Shown here piece by piece: positions 10,981-23,580 of a stretch of DNA of 38,175 nt. The notes beneath the pieces were generated by a model, which did not search any database, was not told the origin of the DNA, and saw nothing but the letters and a program-made list of their open reading frames with translations. The stretch lies in NCBI RefSeq assembly GCF_006345805.1, contig NW_021835818.1, positions 1 to 38,175 on the forward strand. Direction: 5' to 3'. The position numbers and the translations under genes were made by a program. The first letter of the stretch is position 1, and each line of letters starts with the position of its first letter. This DNA comes from Octopus sinensis. Taxonomy: Eukaryota.

Positions 10981-11564
10981 TTACATAGAAAGTATTTTGC
11001 GTAGGATATGAGCAGTTCCCATGAGCACTATTTTTTGAATTTCTGCCATTTTTGGGTTTCCTGGTATCTGAGTTAGGTAGCTATCAGCCCCTTTTGCTAT
11101 CATTCCCAGGGCACCTATGACAACAGGTATTGTTTTAGTCTTCAGGTTCCACATTTTGCTGATTTCTATTTCAAGATCTTTATATTTGCTCAGTTTTTGG
11201 TAGGTCTTGACAGATACGTTTATATCGATTGGGACAGTCATGTCAATGAGGAGGCATGTTCTTTGTTTGAAGTCTTTCAATATGATGTCTGGCCTATTTG
11301 CATCTATCCTTCTGTCAGTATGAATGGTGAAGTTCCAGAGAAGTGAGATATGGTCATTTTCAAGCACTGGGGGTGGTTTGTGTTCCCACCAGTTTTTTTC
11401 ATGGGGCAAATCCAGGTTTTTGCAGATTACCCAGTGAATATATTGGCAGCTCTATCGTGTCTGTTGAGATACTCTGTAGGCGCTAGAAGACTGCACTTGG
11501 AGACCACATGGTCAATGGTTTCATTTTGTTGCTGGCATACACGACACGTGGACTGCTTCTGATC
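10981..11564 (-). pseudogene. CCHC zinc knuckle plus restriction-like endonuclease of the R4/Dong ORF
   Basis: After a premature TAA: CRVCQQQNETIDHVVSKC (C-x2-C-x8-H-x4-C); after a frameshift: NRPDIIL..LLIDMTVP..KLSKYKDL..VVIGALG. Confidence 0.93.
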
Positions 11565-13044
11565 TTAAATGTTGGCCTGGTAGTTTCTTGTTGGTAGGCA
11601 TTGATCTTGAGCTGCTATGATAAACCCCTCTGTTTCAGATTTTAAGCCAGAGGCCATTAGCCATTGATGGGTCAGGGCTTTGTCAACATCTGCATTATTT
11701 GCTCTTTTTGGGTATTTGCCATAGAGAGGTTTTTCTTGCCATTTATCATTCAGAATATCTAAGGCCGCAGATTTAGCACGGGTTTTCATGCGCTTAGCTT
11801 TTTCTGTGCCTAATTTTTCTATCTCTAATTCCGAAATTTGTTGTATTCGGAATTCACTTAGATATTCCTTTGCCTGTTTTGTTACTGAGTATGATGTTTT
11901 CTTGTTTTCATGTTTTGAGACAAGTTTTAACATCCAGTCCTCAGAGTTTTTCAGGTAGGTGTCTAGGCCAATTGTAGCAATCTTCATTGTTATTGCCAGT
12001 TGTAAAAGTTCACGGCCTCCCTCTTTTCTTGGCAGATAAAGTCGTTCTGTATCTGCCTTAGGGTGGTGCATTCTATGCATTGTCAACAGTTTTCGTATTT
12101 TTCTGTCAAGATTACATATTTCAGTAATTGACCAGTTAATGATATTGAAACTGTAAGTCACAACTGGTATGGCTAATGCATTGATCGCTTCGATCCTGTT
12201 TCTCGCATTCAGCTCTGTCTTGAGTATTGCTCTTATTCTGCGATAACATTCTCTCCTGATCCTTTCCTTCATCTCTGAATGCCTTATTCCTTCTCCTTCA
12301 ATTACCCCTAGATACTTGTAGTTCTCTGCTGGGTCTAATTCTTTTATGACATTCTGCTGGTCAAGGTTAACGTTAGATGTTTCTGTCATTTTCCTTTGAT
12401 AAAGGTAGCTTTTGCACACTTATCGAGACCAATTGCATTCTGATGTCATCACTGAGTTGTTTGACAATGCTAGTAAGCCCTTGAGTTGTTGGTCATTTTT
12501 TGCAAAGAGCTTTAAATCATCCATGTAAATGAGATGATTTATATTTTTATCAAACATTTTATACCCGTACTGCGCGTCATTGAGCAGTTTTGAGAGAGGT
12601 ATTAAGGCTAAACAGAAGAGGAGTGGTGATAGTGAGTCACCCTGGAAAATGCCACATGAAATTTTTACATCACCAGCATTTAGAGATTCATTGTCACTGT
12701 TCAAAGTTAGTGTGGTTCTCCATGATCTCATACTTACAGACAAAAAGTTTCGCAGAGCAGGTGCTATCTTATACATTTCTAGGCATTTCTTAATCCAGCT
12801 ATGTGGTAGGCTATCAAAAGCCTTTTTATAGTCTATCCAGGCTATTGATAAGTTTTTGTGTCGTTTGTGACAATCTTCTAAGATCATCTTATTGATGAGT
12901 AGTTGATCTTTACAACCGTAGGATCCACGTTTACATCCTTTCTGTTCATTAGGGAATATGCTGCTGTCTGTCAAAAAACTATAGGTATATTCCGTCAGGA
13001 CAGATGTTAGTGTTTTATACATAGTTGTTAAGCAGGTTATGGGT
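11565..13044 (-). pseudogene. Reverse transcriptase and thumb region of the R4/Dong ORF (frameshifted)
   Basis: EQKGCKRGSYGCKDQLLIN, WIDYKKAFDS, GIFQGDSLSPLLF, HLIYMDDLKL, YKYLGV, ETEGFIIAAQDQ. Confidence 0.95.
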
Positions 13045-14783
13045 CTATAGTTTTTTGTTCATTTGTTTCTTCACTTTTGGAAGCAGGAATGTTAACCCAT
13101 TAACTAGCCAAGGAGGCATCCTACTAGGGTGTTGCAAAACATCATTGTAAAGTTCTGTTAGCAGTTCATGGCTCTCTGGGAAGGCATTCAACCAAAAGTT
13201 AGGGATTTTATCCTTTCCTGGAGACTTCCATTTGCTTGACCTCCTGAGAGCAGATCTTACATCTTCTACCTTGACACCCTCCCACTTTTGCTCTTCTAAG
13301 GAGTCCAGTTCTTTAGATATTCTATCAATCCAGGGGGCCTTTTCACTGTGTGTTTTGTCTTCTGCCCAAATTTTATTCCAAAATCCCTGCACTTCTTCTT
13401 TTGATGGTACAGACTTTACAGTATCTGTTGTTTTTCCTATCTTCCTGTAAAAATTTTTGGGGTTATTTTTGAACATGTTGTTGTCCCTGAAGAATCTAAC
13501 ACGCTTTTCATACCTCGCTATGCGGGCAGCTTTAGCAGATACCTTTTGCTTGATGGTTTCTATGGTGGCATCAATATCAAGTATAGTTTTCATATTATAT
13601 TTTTTCATTAGTTTTTGGGTTTTTGTAGGTTTGGTAGTCTTATGAACCTTAAGGTTTTTCAAATATTCAATGTTAGATCTAAATAGTTTAATTTGTTGTT
13701 GCAAACGCTCTTGCCAAGAAGGCTTTTTGTGGGACTGTTGCCGTTTTCTAATCTTTACACCACATAGGATCGTTGAGATTTTCGCGGATGCATAGTATAG
13801 GTGGTTGAGGTTTGTGATATCAACATCATTAGCTGAAATTATATCCTTAAGTGCAAGCCGGGTTTTACCAATTATTTTCATGTTTTGGTTAGAGTTGCGG
13901 ATTTTAGGGAGTGTATCACGTTCATCCATACTGGTTTCTTTAATTTTCAACCATTCAATCATGATTTGACTTTTTAGCTCATGTAGTTCTGTCAGGTCAA
14001 TATTTGTGTGACTTTCTTCATCTATTTGATGTTCATCTGTCTTAGTGTTTATATTTGGTTCAGGGAGTATTTCACTTTGCCTATCACTTATACTAACTCT
14101 TTCAATCCTTAATTAATTTTTATTAGCTCTGAGCTGGTCTATAATTATTTCCTCTGTATTATCTTCTCTAGCTGCAGCTTCGTTCATTCTATCCGTTACT
14201 GCTTGTCTAATTTGATCAATCTCTACTTCAGTCAGTAATTTTTTTTTATAATGTTTCTTCTGACGTTGGCAAGTTTGTTATTGTCTATGTCGGGTCTTAC
14301 TTCAGGGTGTTTCTGTCCCCAGTTTATGTAGGTTTGTATAGTGTTCGATTTATCTGTGGGGAAATATATGGCATGGTAGAAGGCCGCAAGAACTTCTTTA
14401 TTATCTTCCCTAGTCCATTTTTCCTTCTTTTTCTTTTGAGTGTTTGGTGACGAGCATGGATGGCCATCTGTTGGAATATTCCAGTTGCGGGGTACGTCCA
14501 GCTCCTGTGTGTCGGGAAGATTTGATCCAGTAGCTGATTTTTCAATCAGACTTTGGTTCAATTTTCGGGTACGTGGTCTTTTGTAGTCCGCTCGCCGACC
14601 ATCGCGGATTGTAGGTTGTTTTGTTGACATTGAAGCATGACGAGCTTCGACTCTTACATTAAGAGACGGATCTGTCAGTTTAGGATTCTCTGCACGTAAA
14701 CATTGTTCGTAGCGCAGCTTCCTAAGGCTAGCAGATCTGTATTCGTCTGTATTTTTTTTGTTGATAGTTTTATCTCCGGGCAT
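13045..14783 (-). pseudogene. N-terminal region of the R4/Dong ORF (frameshifted)
   Basis: ORF pieces 14232-14783 and 13045-13962 with a bridging frame in between; ends in KSPGKDKIPNFWL, the pre-RT motif. Confidence 0.85.
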
Positions 14784-15779
14784 AGTTTTCTCTTCTTCTT
14801 TTTATTTATTCATTTGTTTTTTCTTAAACTTATGAAAGGTTCACCTGCCTGTATTAGTTCGAAAAAATGAGAATAAAATACGAGAAAAAAACAACAACAA
14901 ATAAATAAATAAACAAAAATAAGAATTATCATCATCACCGTCATCATCATCATCATCATCATCAATGACATTGTTTTATGTGTAGTCACAGCGGTAGCTT
15001 ATTATTATTATTCTTATCCCCATCAGCATCACCATCGCCACGGTAAAGTGGTCATGTTCTATAAATAGATTCATCAGATGGTGGGCAAAGGACATTTTGG
15101 GTCAGGGAGAGGTCAAACCTGTTTACTAGTACCAGCGTTATCTTGAAAAGCAATCCAGCTATATATATATACCCATACACATATGTATATGTATATTCAC
15201 ACACGCATATTTTCTGATATTCACTCGATTTAAAAAAAAAAATTTCTGAGTTCAATTGTGTTGTTGCAATAAAAGTTTACGTGTTTACGTGTTTGGGTTA
15301 TATATTAAAGTTTTTAAGTATTCTTGAGATGTCCATTTGGAAAAAACAAATAAGATTTTTGCAAAGGGAAGGATGTTTACATTTTCGAATGCTCAGAAAA
15401 GAAAATGCTCAGAAACTTTTCATTTCTTTTTAAAAGTTATGCTGTGGTTTACAGTTTTTGTAGTTGTGCAGTGTATATATATTGGCATACGCTTACTTCC
15501 ATAGTTTTTTTTATCGTGCATTTAATTATGTTGTTACAATAAAAGGCAAAGAAGGGACGGCAGACTGTTCACACAAAATTGGAGATATTTATGATTCTAA
15601 ATTCTTTGTTAGGTGTTCGCTTGTATGGGCAAAGCTGTAGATATGTAAGTTCCTTAGCTTATTTTGAGGGAAATTCAAATCACTCACTGAAAACAGTAAA
15701 TCTTCCAGTTTTTCCGTTGTCACGCTGGGTTGGTCAGAGCAGCGAAAAACACGTCCAGCTTCTATCACGTCCAGCCTTC

Positions 15780-16651
<872 letters not shown>

Positions 16652-16699
16652 TAAAAATCCCTCCGTTTCTGCTTTGAGTCAAATACAGACAGAAAGACA

Positions 16700-16715
16700 C
16701 ACGCACGCGCGCGCA

Positions 16716-16793
<78 letters not shown>

Positions 16794-16890
16794 ACACACA
16801 CACACACACAACAGATTTCTTCATGTTTCTGTCTACCGTTTCCACTCACAAGATGTTGTGTGGCTCGAGGCTACAGTAGTTGAGACTTGC
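16700..16890 (-). mobile_element. Headless family B SINE core with expanded internal (CA)n
   Basis: CTGTCTACC..TCCACTCACAAG..CTCGAGGCTACAGTAG..GACTTGC matches the family B core; (CA)n at 16700-16812. Confidence 0.7.
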
Positions 16891-17096
16891 TCTTAACATT
16901 CGGATTCGGGTGTATGTTCTCTCAAGCTTGGATTCCAGATCGTTCGAACATAACGTATCTAGGTAGACCAACTCGCCATAAACACGGGATGTCCCGCTAC
17001 CAGACAACCTCCCTCAACCAGTGCAACGCCGAGATGGATGGCGTTGCGAGCAAGCTCGACCGGATGGAGATGGCGATGATTTTCTGTGGAGAGAAA
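16891..17096 (+). other. GC-rich block with a protein-coding signature, origin unknown
   Basis: Codons 16989-17084 (MSRYQTTSLNQCNAEMDGVASKLDRMEMAMIF): 28 of 32 end in G/C; heptad-spaced hydrophobic residues. Confidence 0.45.
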
Positions 17097-17135
17097 TCGC
17101 GAGTGCAGCACCTTAACCACCAGGGCACACGTCTT
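17097..17135 (-). mobile_element. Isolated tRNA-like SINE head (family C-like)
   Basis: Minus strand GACGTGTGCCCTGGTGGTTAAGGTGCTGCACTCGCGAT parallels the head at 7295-7332. Confidence 0.55.
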
Positions 17136-17171
17136 CGCTAATGCGAAAGTGTAAAAGAAAAACAAAAAATA

Positions 17172-17239
<68 letters not shown>

Positions 17240-17995
17240 ACACACACACACATTAAGACTAAATGAAACAGACAACGCAAAGACTAGAAAAAACTGAAGA
17301 CAAAGTACTAATGAAACGATAAATGCAAATAGTAAACAGACGATGTATATAAATAAATAAGATGATAATCAACAAGAGCAACAAGAACAACAACAACAAA
17401 AACAATTTGTAAAGAAGACAAACAGTTAAGCTGACAATTTGCTGTTTTAGATTTAAAATAATGTCTGGATTTATTTATTTACTTATTTTTTTACTGATGA
17501 GCATCCAATCAAAATAGAGATGAGACGTGCAACTAACTCACTTCTGGTAATGTTCAGCGAAAACAAGGAACTGAAGTGAAGTGAAATGGTTTATTTTTAG
17601 ATGCAAAAATAAATGGTTTTTTTTCTTCTTTTTCTTTGCGTTGTTGTCGTTGCTGTCGTTCTTGATGCTGTTTTGATGTAGTCGAGTGGTTGCTACTGGT
17701 TGTTGTTGCTATTGTTGTTGTTATTCTTCTTACCCTTCTCCTCCTACTCCATTTTCCTCTATTTCTTTTTCTTCTCATCGTCTTCTTCCTCCTCCTCCTT
17801 CTCCTTCTCCGTCCGCCTCCTCCGTCCTCCGTCCTCCTCATCCTCCTTCTACCTCTTTCTCCTCTTCCTTCCTCCTCCTCCTTCCCTTCTACTCCTTTTT
17901 CTTCTTATCCTCTTTATCCTCCTCCCCTTTTCTTTTCTCAGTCTCCTCCTCACCCTTCTTCTTCTTCTTCTTCTTCTTCTTCTTCTTCTTCACTT
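17172..17995. repeat. (CA)n followed by AAC and CTT/CCT low-complexity tracts
   Basis: Visible repeats with short AT-rich spacers. Confidence 0.85.
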
Positions 17996-18059
17996 CAGGG
18001 TTAGGGTTAGCATTAGGGATAAGTTTAAGGTTAAAATGATCTTCTATCCTCTATCTTTT

Positions 18060-18260
18060 ATTTCCTTCAATCATTAGACTACGACCATGCTGCAGCATGG
18101 CCCTGAAGTGTCTGTCATAGTCAAACGAGTAGACGCCATTACTTGATATTTTGAAAAGCCTGGTACTTATTCTATCGATGTCTTTTACCAGACCGCTAAT
18201 CTACGGGGACGTAAACATGTTAATACCAATTGTCAAGCGATGGTGAGGGGAAACACACAC
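18060..18260 (-). mobile_element. Family B SINE, 3' half
   Basis: GGTACTTATTCTATCG, GGGGACGTAAACA, GTCAAGCGATGGTG. Confidence 0.75.
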
Positions 18261-18287
18261 ACACACATATGTATGCCTATATATATA

Positions 18288-18340
<53 letters not shown>

Positions 18341-18631
18341 CAAAAAGGGTAATAACATAGATTGTTGTTACCAGTGGCCTAGCACAAAAGACGAATTAGT
18401 CATTAGACAAAATATCATTCATATAGAAAAATATTATTCATATAGAAATATAATTAAGGGCTCCTAAATAAGGAAGCCTAGTCCTATATAATTTAATTAT
18501 GCCAAGGACCTATAATCAGTTAAGGGATGCTAGCATTCTAGTCTCCGGCTTTTACCAGTGTTCAGTGATAAACTAAATACGTTAATTTTGCATTGATGGA
18601 TATGAGTATTTAAATTATTTATGAACGATAA

Positions 18632-19129
18632 AAAGAAGAAAATGGAGAAGCTGACATATAGGGATCAGTTTATTCAAAGATATTCAAATCAATATAATAT
18701 GAAATTCTTATCCCTACAGCCGTTTCAATAGCCAATTAATTCAATTAAAGTAATTAAATCAAATTAAATCTATTTAAAATTTTCATATTGAAACTGGTTA
18801 ATTGGGTATTTCACCAGTGGAGAATTTTCCAGAAAGGAGTTACATTCCCACGTGTTGGTAGATCCCTGACAGACCCAAATGAGTCTGTCAAGGTTCGACC
18901 AACATCTGATATCTGAGTCTGTCAAAAGTCGACCTGGAAAATTCTTCACTGATGAAATACCTAATTAACCAATATCAGTATGAAAAATTTTAATTAATCT
19001 AATTCAATTACATTAATTGAATTAATTGGCTATGGAAAACGGGTGTAGGGATAAGAATTTCATTTATATTGATTTGAATATCTTTAAATAAACTGATGTC
19101 TCTATGCCAATTTCTCCATTTTCTTCTTT
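18632..19129. mobile_element. Foldback / MITE-like element with inverted arms of about 200 bp
   Basis: 18632-18832 is the reverse complement of 18934-19129 with scattered mismatches; 101-bp spacer. No target-site duplication seen. Confidence 0.85.
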
Positions 19130-19139
19130 CTCTCTCTCT

Positions 19140-19149
19140 CTCACGCACG

Positions 19150-19205
<56 letters not shown>

Positions 19206-19382
19206 ACACACACACACATATATATATATAGACGGGCTTCTTTCAGTTTCCGTCTATCAAATCCACTCACAAGGTTTTGGTCGGCTCGAGGCTACAAAAG
19301 AAAACACTTGTCCAAGGTTCCACGCAGTCGAACTGAACCCGGCAACATGTGCTTGGGAAGAAAGCTTCTTACCATACAGACA
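19140..19382 (-). mobile_element. Family B SINE, 5' half with internal (CA)n
   Basis: GACGGGCTTCTTTCAGTTTCCGTCTA..CAAATCCACTCACAAGG..ACACTTGTCCAAGG..CTGAACCCGG. Confidence 0.85.
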
Positions 19383-19706
19383 TGATCTAAATACTTTTAA
19401 AAATATTGCTCTTTTTCTTTTTAATGTTGCTTCAGCAGTTATTATATAGAGTTGAAAGTTTTAACGATTAGAAGACAGGCTAAATTTCTAAGTTCCTAAA
19501 CTGGGATACGACGTGACTTCAGAACCCGGTTCCTTAAAATCACGGATCAAGAGGCTATAACAGCACCCATTACTGGATTCAAAAACCCGCATTTAAACAA
19601 GAGACTCACAAAAAGTTTTGAAACGAATTCAAAGCTTCTCTTGAGACTTTCAAAATCTAGATACATTTCTATCCAACATTTCTGATAAGCCATCATACAA
19701 ATAACT

Positions 19707-19731
19707 ATACATACATACATACATACATACA

Positions 19732-19813
<82 letters not shown>

Positions 19814-20160
19814 ACTGTACACTATCGGTTGTATATGTATATAAGTATAAGTATATATACATATACATTTATATTTATGAATATATACATATTCATATAT
19901 ATACATACATATATACATACATATTCATATATACATACATATATATATATATGTATGTATATATGAATATGTATATATTCATAAATATAAATGTATATGT
20001 ATATACATATACAGTCTATAGTGTGGAGTTGTGTATGTATATACGAATATATTTATGAGTGTGTGTGTGTTTGCCTGTTTGTGTGTGTGTGTCTGTATGT
20101 ATATATGTACACATACATGCATACATACTTATGTAATGTATGTATGTACATGCGTATATA
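19707..20160. repeat. (TACA)/(TA)/(TG) compound microsatellite
   Basis: Visible repeats. Confidence 0.9.
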
Positions 20161-20444
20161 CAAAGCAGTATTGCATTCCACATCCCTCACCTCATCCCCG
20201 CCAAACATATGTTGAAGTGATGGAATAACAATGTTAAAATTATTATTTATTTGTTATTTTATTGAAGAATAACAAACTCGAGTGACATCAAAATAGCATA
20301 AATATGTTTAAAAACGCACATCTACCCAATCGATAATTAATCGATATGTCTATCTGATTGTTTATTCCTAACACTGTTAATTTGTTTATTCAATCTTAGG
20401 AAAGAGAAAGAATTGGTGACAAAATCATAGTGTTGCTCCTGTTA

Positions 20445-20472
20445 CAGATGATGATAATGATGATGATGATGG

Positions 20473-20518
<46 letters not shown>

Positions 20519-20547
20519 GGTGGTGATGATGATGATGATGATGATGA

Positions 20548-20595
<48 letters not shown>

Positions 20596-20741
20596 GGTGG
20601 TGGTGATGGTAGTGGAGGTGATGATGATGATGATGATGATGGTGGTGATAATGATGATGATGATGATGATGATGATGGTGGTGGTGATAATGATGATGAT
20701 GATGATGATGATGATGGTGGTGATGAGGATGATGATGATGG

Positions 20742-20783
<42 letters not shown>

Positions 20784-21090
20784 CAGCGACGACAAGGAAG
20801 ACGACTATGTCGATGACGTTGCTTGTTGTTACCACGGTAGTGGCGGTGGCGGTGATCACGAGGATAAAGTTGATGCTGCTGCTGCTGCTGATAATTTTGC
20901 GGTTGTATTGTTGTTGGTGCTGTTGCTGCTGCTGCTACTGAATATTGCCTTGGTTGATGATGGCGATGGTTATGTTGGTGATTAATAATGTGGTAGGGCT
21001 TTTAGTAGTGGTGTTGGTGAACATGTTGATGATGAAGATGATGATGGTCATGATGATGATGATAATGATGATGAGGATAATAACAACAAG
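20445..21090. repeat. (GAT/GGT)n triplet low-complexity tract
   Basis: Visible; produces the poly-M, poly-H, poly-S and poly-I ORFs. Confidence 0.93.
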
Positions 21091-21544
21091 GATGGTCCTG
21101 ATACAGGAAGTAATGAACAACTAACTCTAAACCGCCGTTCCCATCAATCATTTCATCGGATCGTTGGATCAGCACGACAGTTTGATTCCGGCACCCTGCA
21201 TTCCGCGAAGGACCAAGTCAACCGGGTACGGACCCAACCTTATATCCGGTCTATTAATTCCGGCCGGAAATTGTGAGACCGGACGAGGATTATCGTGTAG
21301 GAAATAGTTCTAGAGGAAATCGAACCTGCAGTGAATACATAAGAAAAAAAAGAATTTCTCAGTTTCCATGTAAGCTTCCACCTGAGTTGTTCCAAACCTT
21401 CCCCTACCATTGACCCCAGTTTTACTGAAATGAACTTTCCCACAAAGCGCAGGCTTTTGAAAGATGTCGTCTCAATAAGTGTCTTTTATTAACTAACATC
21501 AAACCCGTTTCATCTCAGTTTCATCTCTGACATGGAAGATATTT

Positions 21545-21750
21545 TAAAAACCTTCTGCGTTTCAGTCACTGGACTGCGGCTATGCTGGAGCATTACTTTG
21601 AACAGTTTAGTCGAACAAAGCGTTCCAGTACTTATGTTCTTTTTAAGTCTGGTACTTATTCTATTGGAACCATTTTGCCGAACCGCTATGTTACGGGGAC
21701 GTAAACAAAGCAACACCAGTTGTCAAGGGATCAAAGACAAACACAAATAT
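21545..21750 (-). mobile_element. Family B SINE, 3' half
   Basis: GACTGCGGCTATGCTGGAGCA, GGTACTTATTCTAT, TTTTGCCGAACCGCTA..GGGGACGTAAAC. Confidence 0.8.
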
Positions 21751-21827
21751 GCTTACACACACACATACGCCCACACCCACACACAAACTCTGTTTCCCTT
21801 TCTCCTGCATATACGTACATATCTGCC

Positions 21828-21828
21828 C

Positions 21829-21894
<66 letters not shown>

Positions 21895-21995
21895 ATATCT
21901 ATCTATCTATCCATGTATGTATGTATGTATGTATGTATGTATCTATCTATCTATCTATCTATCTATCTAACCATATGTATCTATATATCTATCTT
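21828..21995. repeat. (TCTG)/(TCTA)/(TGTA) microsatellite
   Basis: Visible repeats. Confidence 0.93.
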
Positions 21996-22414
21996 TTTAT
22001 TTATCTACTACCTATCCTTATACATAATAAAGTCAAAACAAATATTAATATTTCGAATACATTTAATACATGTGTTTCAAACACTTACGCAAGAAAGATA
22101 AAAAAAATCTTCTTTTACGTTATACCTTCTTCAGTAAAAACATTTCCAAATATTTTGACACGTTTTAACTGGAGAAGATATCATGTAAGAGACGAATTTT
22201 TTCTCTCTTACACATCTGAAACACGTGTATTAGATGCATTCAAAATAACAATATTTGTTTTGACTTTATTATTGTATGTTAAATGGCTCCACGCCATTAC
22301 AGTCCAGCCTCTTCTTGCTTGTTTGCTCCGATATTCTAACAAGAATTTAGAGTCGAATGTTTTACTGGACCCGAGTCGAAAAATCCTGGTAAATAACATT
22401 ACTTCTAAGCATAA

Positions 22415-22452
<38 letters not shown>

Positions 22453-23224
22453 GAGAAGAAAATGGATGTAAATAACAAGGAGAAATTTGTCGTTTTCGCT
22501 GGTATGTCTTTAATTTAATTAATTAACAAAGAAAAAGGTAGCATTTACGATCGTTTCAATTTACTAGTTTTAGTAAAAATCTTCAGAATGCGAAAAATAA
22601 CCACAACACTAATACCGATAAAGTGATAATCAATAAGAGTAACAATATTAACACAGCTAATAACACCAAGTACACAAATAAGCCCAAAAGTAACATTAGC
22701 TACAGAAATAATAATATAAACCTACACATCGGTATGAAATTGTCCATATATATATATATGGGAGACTTACGAATAGAATAACATTTGATGATAGGCCTGT
22801 CCAATCCAAAGAAGTCTGAGGCTGAACAATACCAATTTACTAACCACAAATTGCAAGTTTTTTAAAATTTTGTAATTACCAATGAGTAGATTTCGCGAAT
22901 CTTCTGTGTAAAGAAGGTAATCCAAAAGAAATGGCAAAGAACATTTATCCGAAGCGTCGGCTCTTTCCAGCTCCATTGTATAACGAAACTCATTAACACT
23001 CAGTAAGCCCATAGATATTTACTACCACAAATGGAAATGCTCACTTCATCTCTATTCAGCCCTGATCGTGTGCATCTACGATCAAAGGCGTGCCAGCCAT
23101 GCCCATCGGGTCTATTTTTTTCATTTGTAGTGTATCTAGCTTTTCATTATCTCACGAGTCCTTCATTTATTTAAGACTGCAAGTTGTTATTCAATCCAGA
23201 ATTGTTTCCGCACCGAACAAAATA

Positions 23225-23580
23225 CTTGGAGGTATTTTTCCAGCTCTTTACGTTCTAAGTTCAAATGCTGTTTCCGTCGATTTTGCTTTCATCCATTCGA
23301 AGTCTATAAAATAAGCACCATTTGAGTACTGGGGTCGATGTAATTGATCCCACCACTTACAAAACAAAAAAAAAAAAAAATCGTTGGCCTTGTACCAAAG
23401 TTAGAAAGAATTATTTAATCCAAAATTTCCAGCTCTTTAGGTTCTGAGATCGAATCCCGTCGAGATCATCTTTACCTTTCATCCCCACGGAGAGGATAAA
23501 ATGCAGCACCAGCCAAGTACTAGGATCAATGGAATCGACTAATCCCTTCCCTAAGGATTACTGGTTTTGTGCTTAAATTG
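23225..23580 (+). mobile_element. Two degenerate 5'-truncated family A SINEs
   Basis: GTTCTAAGTTCAAAT..GTCGATTTTGCTTTCATCC..ACTGGGGTCGATGTAAT; second copy from about 23430. Confidence 0.7.

Larger units (their letters stand above)
10763..14790 (-). mobile_element. Near full-length R4/Dong-type non-LTR retrotransposon (single ORF, RT plus RLE), inactivated
   Basis: Ordered domains: N-terminal KWTREDN..ANVRRNII..LLTEVEIDQI, RT, CCHC knuckle, PD-(D/E)xK endonuclease, 3'UTR and (TAA)n tail; several frameshifts and stops. 5' boundary approximate. Confidence 0.92.

Noticed and set aside
12580-13645. Plus-strand ORFs overlapping the LINE (12580-12831, 13232-13450, 13457-13645)
   Set aside because: Antisense shadows of the RT-coding frame.
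15078-15115. MVGKGHFGSG resembling a kinase glycine-rich loop
   Set aside because: Flanked by in-frame stops, no VxxK or later kinase motifs and poor splice sites; expected by chance.
17997-18033. TTAGGG telomere-like motifs
   Set aside because: Only two or three degenerate units; too short to call an interstitial telomeric array.
20445-21090. Poly-Asp/Gly frame resembling molluscan acidic biomineralisation proteins; poly-His and poly-Met ORFs
   Set aside because: Pure GAT/GGT triplet low complexity with a frame break near 20545, no start or splice context and no non-repetitive domain.
21380-21470. Minus-strand KTGVNGRGRFG resembling the GAPDH GVNGFGRIG motif
   Set aside because: No similarity continues on either side; chance match.
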